A DNA stretch of 24,000 nt from Kluyvera genomosp. 3 (GTDB lineage: Bacteria > Pseudomonadota > Gammaproteobacteria > Enterobacterales > Enterobacteriaceae): the NCBI GenBank assembly GCA_002211745.1, contig CP022114.1:1806645-1830644 (forward strand), in the 5' to 3' direction. Made by a program: the position numbers and the translations under genes. Of this stretch, positions 1 through 14,800 are shown piece by piece. Position 1 is the first letter of the stretch. Each line of letters opens with the position of its first letter. The notes beneath the pieces were generated by a model, which saw only the letters and a program-made list of their open reading frames with translations, ran no database searches and had not been told where the DNA came from.

Positions 1-383
1 TCCGGTGATATCAATTGGCTGGGCAAGCGTAGCGATATCAAGGAATTAATTGAAAGTGTGGATATAGTCGCTTTGCCATCTGTCTACTCTGAAGGTATTC
101 CTCGAATTCTTTTAGAAGCCGGTGCAATCGGTCGTCCTGTTATAAGTTTTGATACTGGTGGTTGTGGGAGTTTAATACTTGACGGTTATAATGGTTTCCT
201 TGTGCCTAAAGGAAATGTGAACCTATTTTCTCAGAAGCTTGGTATCCTTATTAGCGATCCTCTTGAGCGCACTAAGATGGGCAGAATGCCAGAAAGCGAG
301 TAGAGGAAAAGTATTCATCTACCGTTGTCATACGAAAAACCGTTCAAATCTATAATAAACTCATAATGCAAGAAGTGCTCTAA
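1..383 (+). CDS. Glycosyltransferase (GT4-like), C-terminal part, 5' truncated by the window; last gene of the surface-polysaccharide cluster
   Basis: Open in frame 1 from base 1: SGDINWLGKRSDIKELIESVDIVALPSVYSEGIPRILLEAGAIGRPVISFDTGGCGSLILDGYNGFLVP, with the typical EGIPRILLEAGA..G.P.I..D.GG motif. The track ORF ends at 303. Adding one A near 285 (gcagaatgcc to gcagaaatgcc) gives the continuation GRNARKRVEEKYSSTVVIRKTVQIYNKLIMQEVL* ending at 383. Confidence 0.8.
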
Positions 384-553
384 TATTGAGCAACAACTTA
401 TCAGAGCTTGTCGCTATGCGTTTTTTAGTAACTTATGACAGTTATTAATTTCACTCAAACATCTAATTCTTTATACAACTTGCCGTTCTCCTAATATATA
501 ATTTCTTAAATTCTGTCTGTTCATAGACAGATACCACCTGACAGGAGTATGTA

Positions 554-1957
554 ATGTCTAAGCAACAAATCGGCGTAGTCGGTATGGCTGTGATGGGGCG
601 CAACCTGGCGCTCAACATCGAAAGCCGCGGTTATACCGTCTCTATCTTCAACCGCTCCCGTGAAAAAACCGAAGAAGTTGTCGCTGAGAATCCAGGCAAA
701 AAGCTGGTTCCTCACTACACGGTCAAGGAGTTCGTCGAGTCTCTTGAGACCCACGTCGTATCCTGTTAATGGTGAAAGCAGGCGCGGGCACCGATGCTGC
801 CATCGATTCCCTGAAACCTTACCTTGATAAAGGTGACATCATCATTGATGGTGGTAACACCTTCTTCCAGGACACCATTCGTCGTAACCGTGAGCTGTCA
901 GCTGAAGGCTTCAACTTCATTGGTACCGGCGTGTCCGGTGGTGAAGAGGGCGCGCTGAAGGGCCATCCATCATGCCTGGCGGCCAGAAAGAAGCGTATGA
1001 GCTGGTTGCGCCTATCCTGACTAAAATTGCCGCTGTGGCGGAAGACGGCGAGCCTTGCGTAACCTACATCGGTGCTGACGGTGCGGGTCATTACGTGAAA
1101 ATGGTCCACAACGGTATCGAATACGGCGACATGCAGCTGATTGCTGAAGCCTATTCTCTGCTGAAAGGTGGCCTGAACCTGTCTAACGAAGAGCTGGCAA
1201 CCACCTTCACCGAGTGGAATGAAGGCGAGCTGAGCAGCTACCTGATCGACATCACCAAAGACATCTTCACCAAAAAAGATGAAGACGGTAAATACCTGGT
1301 TGATGTGATCCTCGACGAAGCGGCGAACAAAGGCACCGGTAAATGGACTAGCCAGAGCTCTCTGGACCTGGGCGAACCGCTGTCGCTGATCACTGAATCT
1401 GTTTTCGCGCGCTACATCTCCTCCCTGAAAGAGCAGCGCGTGGCGGCATCTAAAGTGCTGACTGGCCGCAGGCTAAACTGGCTGGCGATAAAGCAGAGTT
1501 CGTTGAGAAAGTGCGTCGCGCACTGTACCTGGGTAAAATCGTCTCCTACGCGCAGGGCTTCTCTCAGCTGCGTGCCGCGTCTGACGAGTACAACTGGGAT
1601 CTGAACTACGGCGAAATCGCGAAGATCTTCCGCGCGGGCTGCATCATTCGTGCACAGTTCCTGCAGAAAATCACCGACGCCTACGCTGAAAACGCGAGCA
1701 TCGCCAACCTGCTGCTGGCGCCGTACTTCAAAAATATCGCTGATGAATACCAGCAGGCGCTGCGTGACGTCGTGGCCTATGCTGTGCAGAACGGTATTCC
1801 GGTACCGACCTTCTCTGCAGCAGTGGCGTACTACGACAGCTACCGCGCTGCGGTACTGCCAGCGAACCTGATTCAGGCTCAGCGTGACTACTTCGGTGCG
1901 CATACCTATAAACGCACTGATAAAGAAGGTGTGTTCCACACCGAATGGCTGGATTAA
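554..1957 (+). CDS. gnd: 6-phosphogluconate dehydrogenase, decarboxylating; split by three apparent 1-nt deletions (~750, ~963, ~1466)
   Basis: [35 protein letters not shown]...GVFHTEWLD*. Pieces 554-769, 769-1020, 972-1604 and 1511-1957 are colinear. With 3 bases restored the gene encodes 468 aa, the usual Gnd length. Confidence 0.97.
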
Positions 1958-1984
1958 TCTGAATTAGTTCATCCGTAAAGCCAG

Positions 1985-2012
1985 GCCCGGAGCGCATCTC
2001 CGGGCTTTTTTA
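1985..2012 (+). terminator. Rho-independent terminator downstream of gnd
   Basis: gcccggag-cgcat-ctccgggc followed by tttttta, 28 bp after the gnd stop. Confidence 0.85.
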
Positions 2013-2160
2013 TTGTCTGAAAACAGCATTCAGTCAGGTCTGATAGGCGGCGACACGGTAATTCGCGATATACTGGCCGCAAGCCGATCCGACAACGTTG
2101 GGTCCCACGGTGGTGATGCATTCACCCTCAAATGTTTAACCGGAAGAAGTTACAGAGCGA

Positions 2161-3324
2161 ATGAAGATAACTATTTCAGGAACAGGTTACGTCGGCCTGT
2201 CGAACGGCATTCTGATCGCCCAGCACCACGAAGTGGTGGCCCTGGATATCGTTCAGGCCAAGGTCGACATGCTGAATCAGAAACAGTCGCCGATCGTCGA
2301 CAAAGAGATCGAAGAGTATCTGGCGACCAAACCGCTGAATTTCCGTGCGACCACTGATAAGCGCGATGCTTATCGCGATGCAGACTATGTGATCATCGCC
2401 ACCCCGACCGATTACGATCCCAAAACGAACTATTTCAATACGTCCAGCGTTGAGTCTGTTATCCGTGACGTCGTTGAAATCAACCCCAATGCGGTGATGG
2501 TTATCAAATCTACCATTCCGGTAGGCTTTACCAATTCGATTAAAGAAAAACTGGGTATCGACAATATTTTCTTCTCGCCGGAATTCCTGCGTGAAGGCCG
2601 TGCGCTGTACGATAACCTGCATCCGTCGCGTATCGTTATCGGCGAACGTTCTGACCGAGCCGAGCGTTTTGCCGCGCTGCTGCAGGAAGGGGCAGTGAAG
2701 AAGGATATCCGACGCTGTTCACCGACTCGACCGAAGCCGAAGCTATCAAGCTATTCGCGAACACCTACCTCGCGATGCGCGTGGCTTATTTCAACGAGCT
2801 GGATAGCTATGCGGAAAGCCTGGGCCTGAATTCCGCCAGATTATTGAAGGCGTGTGCCTGGACCCGCGTATTGGTAATCACTATAACAATCCATCTTTTG
2901 GTTATGGTGGTTATTGCCTCCCGAAAGATACTAAACAACTGCTGGCAAATTATGCGTCTGTGCCAAATAACATCGTCGGTGCGATTGTTGACGCTAACCG
3001 TACCCGCAAGGACTTTATTGCCGATTCTATCCTGGCCCGCAAGCCGAAAGTGGTTGGGGTATATCGCCTCGTCATGAAGTCAGGATCCGACAATTTCCGC
3101 GCATCCTCGATTCAAGGGATTATGAAACGAATCAAAGCGAAAGGCATTCCAGTGATTGTGTATGAACCTGCGATGAAAGAAGATGAATTCTTTAATTCCC
3201 GCGTTGTACGCGATTTGGATGCATTTAAGCAAGATGCGGATGTCATCATTTCTAACCGGATGGCGGAAGAATTGGCTGATGTGAAAGAGAAGGTGTATAC
3301 CGCGATCTGTTTGGTAATGATTGA
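2161..3324 (+). CDS. ugd: UDP-glucose 6-dehydrogenase; split by three apparent 1-nt deletions (~2710, ~2834, ~3300)
   Basis: [30 protein letters not shown]... through [31 protein letters not shown] to (TR)DLFGND*. With 3 bases restored it encodes 388 aa, the usual Ugd length. Confidence 0.97.
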
Positions 3325-3342
3325 CAGGTTCGTGCAGCAATA

Positions 3343-3366
3343 ATAAAGCCCGGTGTTATCGCCGGG
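3343..3366. terminator. Terminator-like hairpin between convergent ugd and hisI
   Basis: aagcccgg-tgttatcg-ccgggctt in the short convergent intergenic region. Confidence 0.7.
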
Positions 3367-3380
3367 CTTAAATTTATCCG

Positions 3381-3972
3381 TTACTTATGCCGTTCCCGCA
3401 AATTCTCAATCACCGCCGTCAAATCCAGCTCCTGATCCTGCAATAGCACCAGCAGGTGATACATCAAATCCGACGCCTCATTCTTCAGCTCAAACTTATC
3501 GTGCACCGTGGCGGCCAGCGCGGTTTCCACGCCTTCTTCGCCCACTTTCTGCGCGATACGCTTGGTGCCGCTGGCGTACAGCTTAGCGGTGTACGAGCTT
3601 GCCGGGTCGGCGCTTTTACGCTCGGCCAGCAGCTGCTCAAGCTGATACAGGAACAACCACTGGTGGCTGGTGTCGCCGAAGCAGCTTGAGGTGCCTTTAT
3701 GGCAGGTCGGGCCAATCGGGTTAACCAGCACCAGCAGAGTGTCGTTGTCGCAGTCGGGCGCGATGCTTACCACATTGAGGAAGTGGCCGGAGGTTTCTCC
3801 CTTGGTCCACAGGCGCTGTTTGGTGCGTGAGAAAAAGGTCACTTTGCCCGTTTCCTGCGTTTTGGCCAGCGCTTCCTCGTTCATATAGCCAGCATCAGCA
3901 CTTCACCGGATACCGCGTGTTGGATAATGGCGGGCATCAGTCCGTCGGTTTTTTGCCAGTCCAGTTGTTCAG

Positions 3973-3979
<7 letters not shown>
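3381..3979 (-). CDS. hisI: Bifunctional phosphoribosyl-AMP cyclohydrolase / phosphoribosyl-ATP pyrophosphatase; one apparent 1-nt deletion (~3890)
   Basis: Reconstructed [65 protein letters not shown]...[11 protein letters not shown]-type C-terminus. The start overlaps the hisF stop. GGG read as GG in ctgGGctat. Confidence 0.95.
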
Positions 3980-9476
<5,497 letters not shown>

Positions 9477-9481
9477 GGCGC

Positions 9482-10379
9482 TTACTCCATCATCTTCTCA
9501 ATCGGCAGTACCAGAATCGAGCTGGCACCCAGGGACTTCAGTTTTTCCATGGTTTCCCAGAACAGGGTTTCGCTGCTGACCATGTGCATCGCCACGCGCT
9601 GCTGGTCGCCCGCCAGCGGCAGAATGGTTGGGCGCTCGGCGCCAGGCAGCAGGGCAATCACTTCTTCCAGGCGTTCGGTTGGCGCGTGCATCATGATGTA
9701 TTTCGATTCGCGCGCCTGAATCACGCCCTGAATACGGGTTAACAGACGGTCAATCAACTGCTGCTTGGCGTCGCTCATCTCGCCGTCGCGTTGAATCAGG
9801 CAGGCTTTAGAGCGGAACATCACTTCTACTTCACGCAGGCCGTTGGCTTCCAGCGTCGCGCCGGTTGATACCAGGTCGCAGATGGCGTCGGCCAGACCGG
9901 CACGCGGGCCACTTCAACAGAGCCGTTCAGCAGGCAGGATTTAAAGCTGATGCCTTTCTGGTCGAGATAACGTTTGAGCAGGTGCGGGTAAGAGGTGGCA
10001 ATACGTTTGCCGTCGAGCGCAGCCGGGCCGTTCCAGGCTTCATCCGCCGGGGTCGCCAGCGACAGACGGCAGCCGCCGAAGTCCAGACGACGCAGGGTAA
10101 AGTAGCGCGGGTCTTCGCCTTGTGCACGGCGGCTCAGCAGCTCTTCTTCCAGCACGTTTTCACCGATAATGCCGAGATCGACCACGCCATCCATAATCAG
10201 CCCGGAATATCGTCATCGCGAACGCGCAGGATATCGATCGGCATGTTCTCCGCCATCGCGATCAGGCGCTGGGTGTGGAGATTGATTTTGATACCACAAC
10301 GGGCCAGTAATTCGCGTGAATCATCGCTCAGGCGGCCTGATTTCTGAATAGCTATGCGTAAACGGCTGTTATCTAACAT
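9482..10379 (-). CDS. hisG: ATP phosphoribosyltransferase; two apparent 1-nt deletions (~9907, ~10202)
   Basis: Start ATG at 10379: [60 protein letters not shown] | [18 protein letters not shown]...[11 protein letters not shown]...LPIEKMME*. 898 nt plus 2 gives 299 aa, the usual HisG length. Confidence 0.97.
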
Positions 10380-10420
10380 TCTGTATTCCTCATTACCCTG
10401 CTGAATTTGGTTCAAAAAAA

Positions 10421-10447
10421 AGCCCCGGAAGATGATCTTCCGGGGCT
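10421..10447 (-). terminator. his operon attenuator terminator
   Basis: agccccggaagat-c-atcttccggggct stem followed, in the minus-strand direction, by a T run (the + strand aaaaaaaa at 10414-10421), between hisL and hisG. Confidence 0.93.
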
Positions 10448-10508
10448 CTCTTGCGTTCATGCACCACTGGAAGATCTGAACGTCTCCCAGCACACATCGC
10501 CTGAAAGA

Positions 10509-10559
10509 CTAGTCAGGATGATGGTGATGATGGTGGTGTTTAAATTGAACGCGGCTCAT
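10509..10559 (-). CDS. hisL: his operon leader peptide, MSRVQFKHHHHHHHPD*
   Basis: Reverse complement of 10509-10559 is atg agc cgc gtt caa ttt aaa cac cac cat cat cac cat cat cct gac tag, giving seven consecutive His codons upstream of the attenuator hairpin. Confidence 0.96.
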   Translation of the reverse strand: MSRVQFKHHHHHHHPD

Positions 10560-10737
10560 AAATTTCTCGTTGAATGACTATTCACTTGATGTCTTTTAAC
10601 CTAAACCACTTTTGTCGTTGAGCGCAAGCGCTTTTTTCATTCATTAAATCAATTCATGTTACCACTATAAATTGTCAGTTTTCTCGCTGTGGCGTAGCCT
10701 TATGAGAGGAGTGCAGGATGAACCAGGAGATAGCGCA

Positions 10738-11558
10738 ATGAAGAAGGTGGCAATTGTCGGTTTAGGGTGGCTGGGTATGCCGCTGGCGCTGTCGTTGATG
10801 GCGCGCGGCTGGCAGGTAACGGGCAGTAAAACGACAGAGGATGGCGTGGAAGCCGCACGGATGTGCGGGATTGACAGCTATCCGTTGCGGCTCGATCCGC
10901 AGCTGGTTTGTGAGGCTGATGACCTTGATGCCTTAATGAATGTTGACGCGCTGGTCATTACGCTCCCGCGCGCCGCAGCGGCCCGGGCGAAGATTTCTAT
11001 CATCAGGCGGTGCAGGAGATTGTGGACTCCGCGCTGGCGCACCAGATTCCGCGCATTATCTTTACCAGCTCCACTTCGGTCTACGGTAAAGAAGAAGGGC
11101 TGGTAAAAGAGAGCACGCCGCGTGAACCGGTTACCGCTAGCGGTAGAGTATTAAAAGAGCTGGAAGACTGGCTTCATCAATTGCCGGGGACGTCGGTGGA
11201 TATTCTGCGTCTGGCGGGGCTGGTGGGGCCGGATCGACATCCAGGGCGATTCTTTGCCGGTAAATCCGCGCCGGATGGTCAGCACGGCGTGAATCTCGTC
11301 CATCTGGAAGATGTTGTTTCTGCTATTACGCTTTTATTACAGGCGCCGAAGGGTGGACACATTTATAACATTTGTGCGCCGTTGCATCCCGCTCGCGGTA
11401 TTTTCTATCCGCAAATGGCGCGCGAGCTGGGGTTAGCGGTTCCGAGCTTTAGCGACAGCGGTAATGGAAAAGGCAAAATCATCGACGGTAATCTCATTTG
11501 CCGTGAGCTCGGCTTTGAGTATCAGTATCCTGACCCGTTACGTATGCCGATGGAATAA
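10738..11558 (+). CDS. yeeZ: NAD(P)-binding sugar epimerase/dehydratase family protein YeeZ; one apparent 1-nt deletion (~10966)
   Basis: MKKVAIVGLGWLGMPLALSLMARGWQVTGSKTTEDGVEAARMCGIDSYPLR... then VDSALAHQIPRIIFTSSTSVYG...GFEYQYPDPLRMPME*. Confidence 0.93.
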
Positions 11559-11719
11559 TCGCCTCTGTTTTAGCAAATAGTGCTATTGATGAGATTTATG
11601 ATTCGGGAGTTGCTGAATTATCAGTCGTTTAGACGAGAAGGCGTGCTGATTATGCTCTCAGCGGCTTGTCTTTTTGCTACCGTTTGGGGCAAAATATGTC
11701 GAATGTAAAAAATTGAGAT

Positions 11720-11754
11720 TAACCGACGTGCTTGCCGCGTCGGTTATTTTTTTT
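11720..11754 (+). terminator. Orphan rho-independent terminator between yeeZ and plaP
   Basis: aaccgacg-tgcttgccg-cgtcggtt followed by attttttttt-type T tract, about 160 bp beyond the yeeZ stop. Confidence 0.75.
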
Positions 11755-11905
11755 ACATCAAAACAACCATCAAATTAAAGAGGCCGGGCTTCGTACCGGA
11801 TAGATACTTACTTAAAAAACGACAGTCGTTGTCGCTGAGGAAACAGAAAAAAAATGGGGCAATTTTTCAATTTTGCGCCGGCCATCGCCGTAATGGAGAC
11901 TGACC

Positions 11906-13264
11906 GTGTCGCATAACGTTACTCCAAACACCTCTCGCGTGGAATTACGTAAAACGCTTACGCTTATTCCGGTTGTTATGATGGGCCTGGCCTATATGCA
12001 GCCGATGACGCTGTTTGATACGTTCGGTATCGTATCTGGCATGACCGATGGTCACGTGCCAACAGCTTATGCCTTCGCTCTGGTGGCGATTCTGTTCACC
12101 GCGCTGAGCTACGGTAAGCTGGTGCGCCGTTATCCTTCGGCGGGCTCTGCCTACACTTATGCCCAGAAATCCATCAGCCCGACCGTTGGCTTTATGGTGG
12201 GTTGGTCTTCGCTGCTCGATTATCTGTTCGCGCCGATGATCAACATTCTGCTGGCAAAAATCTATTTCGAAGCGCTGGTGCCGTCGATACCGTCATGGGT
12301 ATTCGTGATTGCACTGGTTGCCTTTATGACCGCCTTTAACCTGCGCAGTATCAAATCTGTCGCCAACTTTAACACCGTGATCGTGGTGTTCCAGGTGGTA
12401 CTGATTGCCGTGATCCTGGGTATGGTGATTTATGGCGTGGCGCACGGCGAAGGTGCCGGTACGCTGGCAAGCAACCGTCCGTTCTGGTCGGGTGATGCGC
12501 ACGTGATCCCTATGATTACCGGGGCCACGATTCTGTGCTTCTCCTTTACCGGCTTTGACGGTATCAGCAACCTGTCTGAAGAAACCAAAGACGCTGAGCG
12601 TGTGATTCCGCGTGCTATCTTCCTGACGGCGCTGATTGGTGGCCTGATCTTTATCTTCTCCACCTATTTCCTGCAGCTCTACTTCCCGGATATCTCTCGC
12701 TTCAAAGATCCGGACGCCTCACAGCCTGAAATCATGCTGTACGTGGCGGGTAAAGCCTTCCAGGTTGGCGCGTTGATCTTCTCCACCATTACCGTGCTGG
12801 CTTCCGGTATGGCGGCGCATGCGGGTGTGGCGCGTCTGATGTACGTGATGGGTCGTGATGGCGTGTTCCCGAAAAGCTTCTTCGGCTATGTGCATCCAAC
12901 CTGGCGTACCCCGGCGATGAACATCATCCTGGTTGGCGCGATTGCGCTGCTGGCGATTAACTTCGACCTGGTGATGGCAACGGCGCTGATTAACTTTGGT
13001 GCGCTGGTAGCGTTCACCTTCGTGAACCTGTCCGTTATCTCTCAGTTCTGGATCCGAGAGAAGCGTAATAAGACGCTGAAAGATCACTTCCAGTACCTGT
13101 TCCTGCCAATCTGCGGCGCGCTGACCGTTGGCGCACTGTGGGTGAACCTGGAAGAGAGCTCTATGGTTCTGGGCCTGATCTGGGCTGGTATCGGTCTGAT
13201 CTACCTGGCCTGTGTGACCAAAAGCTTCCGCAACCCGGTTCCGCAGTACGAAGATGTTGCATAA
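11906..13264 (+). CDS. plaP: APC-family putrescine importer PlaP (YeeF)
   Basis: Intact 452 aa [62 protein letters not shown]..., very close to my recollection of E. coli PlaP across its length. Confidence 0.95.
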   Translation: MSHNVTPNTSRVELRKTLTLIPVVMMGLAYMQPMTLFDTFGIVSGMTDGHVPTAYAFALVAILFTALSYGKLVRRYPSAGSAYTYAQKSISPTVGFMVGWSSLLDYLFAPMINILLAKIYFEALVPSIPSWVFVIALVAFMTAFNLRSIKSVANFNTVIVVFQVVLIAVILGMVIYGVAHGEGAGTLASNRPFWSGDAHVIPMITGATILCFSFTGFDGISNLSEETKDAERVIPRAIFLTALIGGLIFIFSTYFLQLYFPDISRFKDPDASQPEIMLYVAGKAFQVGALIFSTITVLASGMAAHAGVARLMYVMGRDGVFPKSFFGYVHPTWRTPAMNIILVGAIALLAINFDLVMATALINFGALVAFTFVNLSVISQFWIREKRNKTLKDHFQYLFLPICGALTVGALWVNLEESSMVLGLIWAGIGLIYLACVTKSFRNPVPQYEDVA

Positions 13265-13289
13265 CTGAATTTAAAAACGATGGTTGCAA

Positions 13290-13319
13290 AACCGGAGGTC
13301 TGGGCCTCCGGTTTTTTTT
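13290..13319 (+). terminator. Rho-independent terminator downstream of plaP
   Basis: aaccggagg-tctggg-cctccggtt followed by ttttttt. Confidence 0.92.
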
Positions 13320-13445
13320 GTCTTACGTTTGTGGAGTGATTAAAAAATCAATATTAATAACCGTCGGGAATAATATAGAGCTTTTGGTTATTGGAGCCGT
13401 CCGGCGGGGTCAGGAATAATTTTAAGACTGATAATATTGAGTTAA

Positions 13446-14510
13446 TTGATTCTTATGTTGCACATGATAATAAGTGGCATGATTTGCGGGGCCTTACTGG
13501 GATTCGTTATGCAGCGCGGTCGTTTCTGCCTGACGGGCGGCTTTCGCGATATGTATATCACCAAAAATAACCGCATGTTTTACGCACTGCTGATTGCTAT
13601 CTGTATCCAGAGTATCGGCGTGTTCGCGCTGATCCAGCTTGGCCTGGTGCAGTACGATGCGGGCGCATTCCCGTGGCTCGGCACCGTGGTGGGCGGATTT
13701 GTTTTTGGTATCGGTATCGTTTATGCGGGCGGCTGCGCCACCGGCACCTGGTATCGTGCCGGGGAAGGGCTGATTGGCAGTTGGATTGCACTGGTCACCT
13801 ATATGGTGATGAGCGCGGTGATGCGCTCGCCGCACGCCGCGGGCCTGAACAAGTTTCTTGGTCAGCACACGACCGCGCATAACGGTATTGCCGAAACCCT
13901 GAATATCTCCGTCTGGCCGATTATTGCGCTGCTGGTGGTGGTGACGCTGTGGTTTGTGCGCAAAGAGCTGCGCAAACCAAAGCTGAAGGTTGCCTCTCTG
14001 CCGCCGCGCCGCACTGGCCTGGCGCATCTGCTGTTTGAAAAGCGTTGGCATCCGTTTGTGACCGCCGTGCTGATTGGCCTTATCGCCCTGCTGGCCTGGC
14101 CGCTGAGTGAGGCCACCGGCCGTATGTTTGGCCTTGGTATCACCTCGCCGACCGCCAACATCCTCCAGTTCCTCGTTGGTGGCGATAGTAAATTCCTCAA
14201 CTGGGGCGTCTTCCTGGTGCTGGGGATCTTTATTGGCTCGTTTATCGCCGCGAAAGCCAGCCGTGAATTCCGCGTCCGCGCTGCCGATGCCAGCACCACG
14301 CTGCGTAGCGCCAGCGGCGGCGTGCTGATGGGCTTCGGTGCCAGCATTGCCGGCGGCTGCTCGATCGGCAACGGCCTGGTGATGACGGCGATGATGACCT
14401 GGCAGGGCTGGATTGGCCTGGTATTTATGATTCTCGGCGTGTGGTGCGCGTCGTGGATGTTGTATGTTCGCCCGCAGCGGAAAGCAAAACTGAAAACCGC
14501 AACGGCTTAA
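13446..14510 (+). CDS. yeeE: YeeE/YedE family thiosulfate transporter (TsuA)
   Basis: Intact 354 aa polytopic ORF containing GFVMQRGRFCLTGGFRDMY, AGGCATGTWYRAGEGLIGSW and GFGASIAGGCSIGNGL, which are conserved Cys motifs of the family. The start may be the internal ATG at MLHMIISG or MIISG. Confidence 0.93.
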   Translation: MILMLHMIISGMICGALLGFVMQRGRFCLTGGFRDMYITKNNRMFYALLIAICIQSIGVFALIQLGLVQYDAGAFPWLGTVVGGFVFGIGIVYAGGCATGTWYRAGEGLIGSWIALVTYMVMSAVMRSPHAAGLNKFLGQHTTAHNGIAETLNISVWPIIALLVVVTLWFVRKELRKPKLKVASLPPRRTGLAHLLFEKRWHPFVTAVLIGLIALLAWPLSEATGRMFGLGITSPTANILQFLVGGDSKFLNWGVFLVLGIFIGSFIAAKASREFRVRAADASTTLRSASGGVLMGFGASIAGGCSIGNGLVMTAMMTWQGWIGLVFMILGVWCASWMLYVRPQRKAKLKTATA

Positions 14511-14522
14511 GGAGTAGAAAAA

Positions 14523-14747
14523 ATGGTTGTGAAGAAACTGGACGTAGTCACGCAGGTTTGCCCGTTCCCGTTAATTGAAGCGAAGGCGGCGATGGCGGAA
14601 CTGGCCAGCGGCGACCAGCTGGTGATTGAGTTCGACTGTACTCAGGCGACGGAAGCCATCCCGCAGTGGGCGGCGGAAGAGGGCTTTACGGTCACGGACT
14701 ATCAGCAGTCTGGCGATGCGGCGTGGACCATCACCGTACAGAAATAA
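14523..14747 (+). CDS. yeeD: TusA-like sulfurtransferase-family protein YeeD (TsuB)
   Basis: Intact 74 aa ORF, MVVKKLDVVTQVCPFPLIEAKAAMAELASGDQLVIEFDCTQATEAIP, with the CPxP motif, 12 bp downstream of yeeE. Confidence 0.93.
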   Translation: MVVKKLDVVTQVCPFPLIEAKAAMAELASGDQLVIEFDCTQATEAIPQWAAEEGFTVTDYQQSGDAAWTITVQK

Positions 14748-14762
14748 TGCCCCAGGCATCAA

Positions 14763-14791
14763 GCGACGCCAGGAAGATTTTCCGGCGTCGC
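14763..14791. terminator. Perfect-arm hairpin between convergent yeeD and sbcB; probable bidirectional terminator without a strong T tract
   Basis: gcgacgcc(a)ggaa-gatt-ttccggcgtcgc: an 8-bp arm plus a 4-bp inner arm with one bulged A. Confidence 0.6.
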
Positions 14792-14800
14792 TGCGTTGAA

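Noticed and set aside
2013-2357. 114-aa ORF spanning the gnd-ugd spacer
   Set aside because: It overlaps the ugd start out of frame and ends in an obvious off-frame translation of ugd. The spacer is probably noncoding.
10197-10493. Extended hisG N-terminus ([38 protein letters not shown]...)
   Set aside because: This extension translates the attenuator hairpin. The conserved HisG start is [15 protein letters not shown] at 10379.
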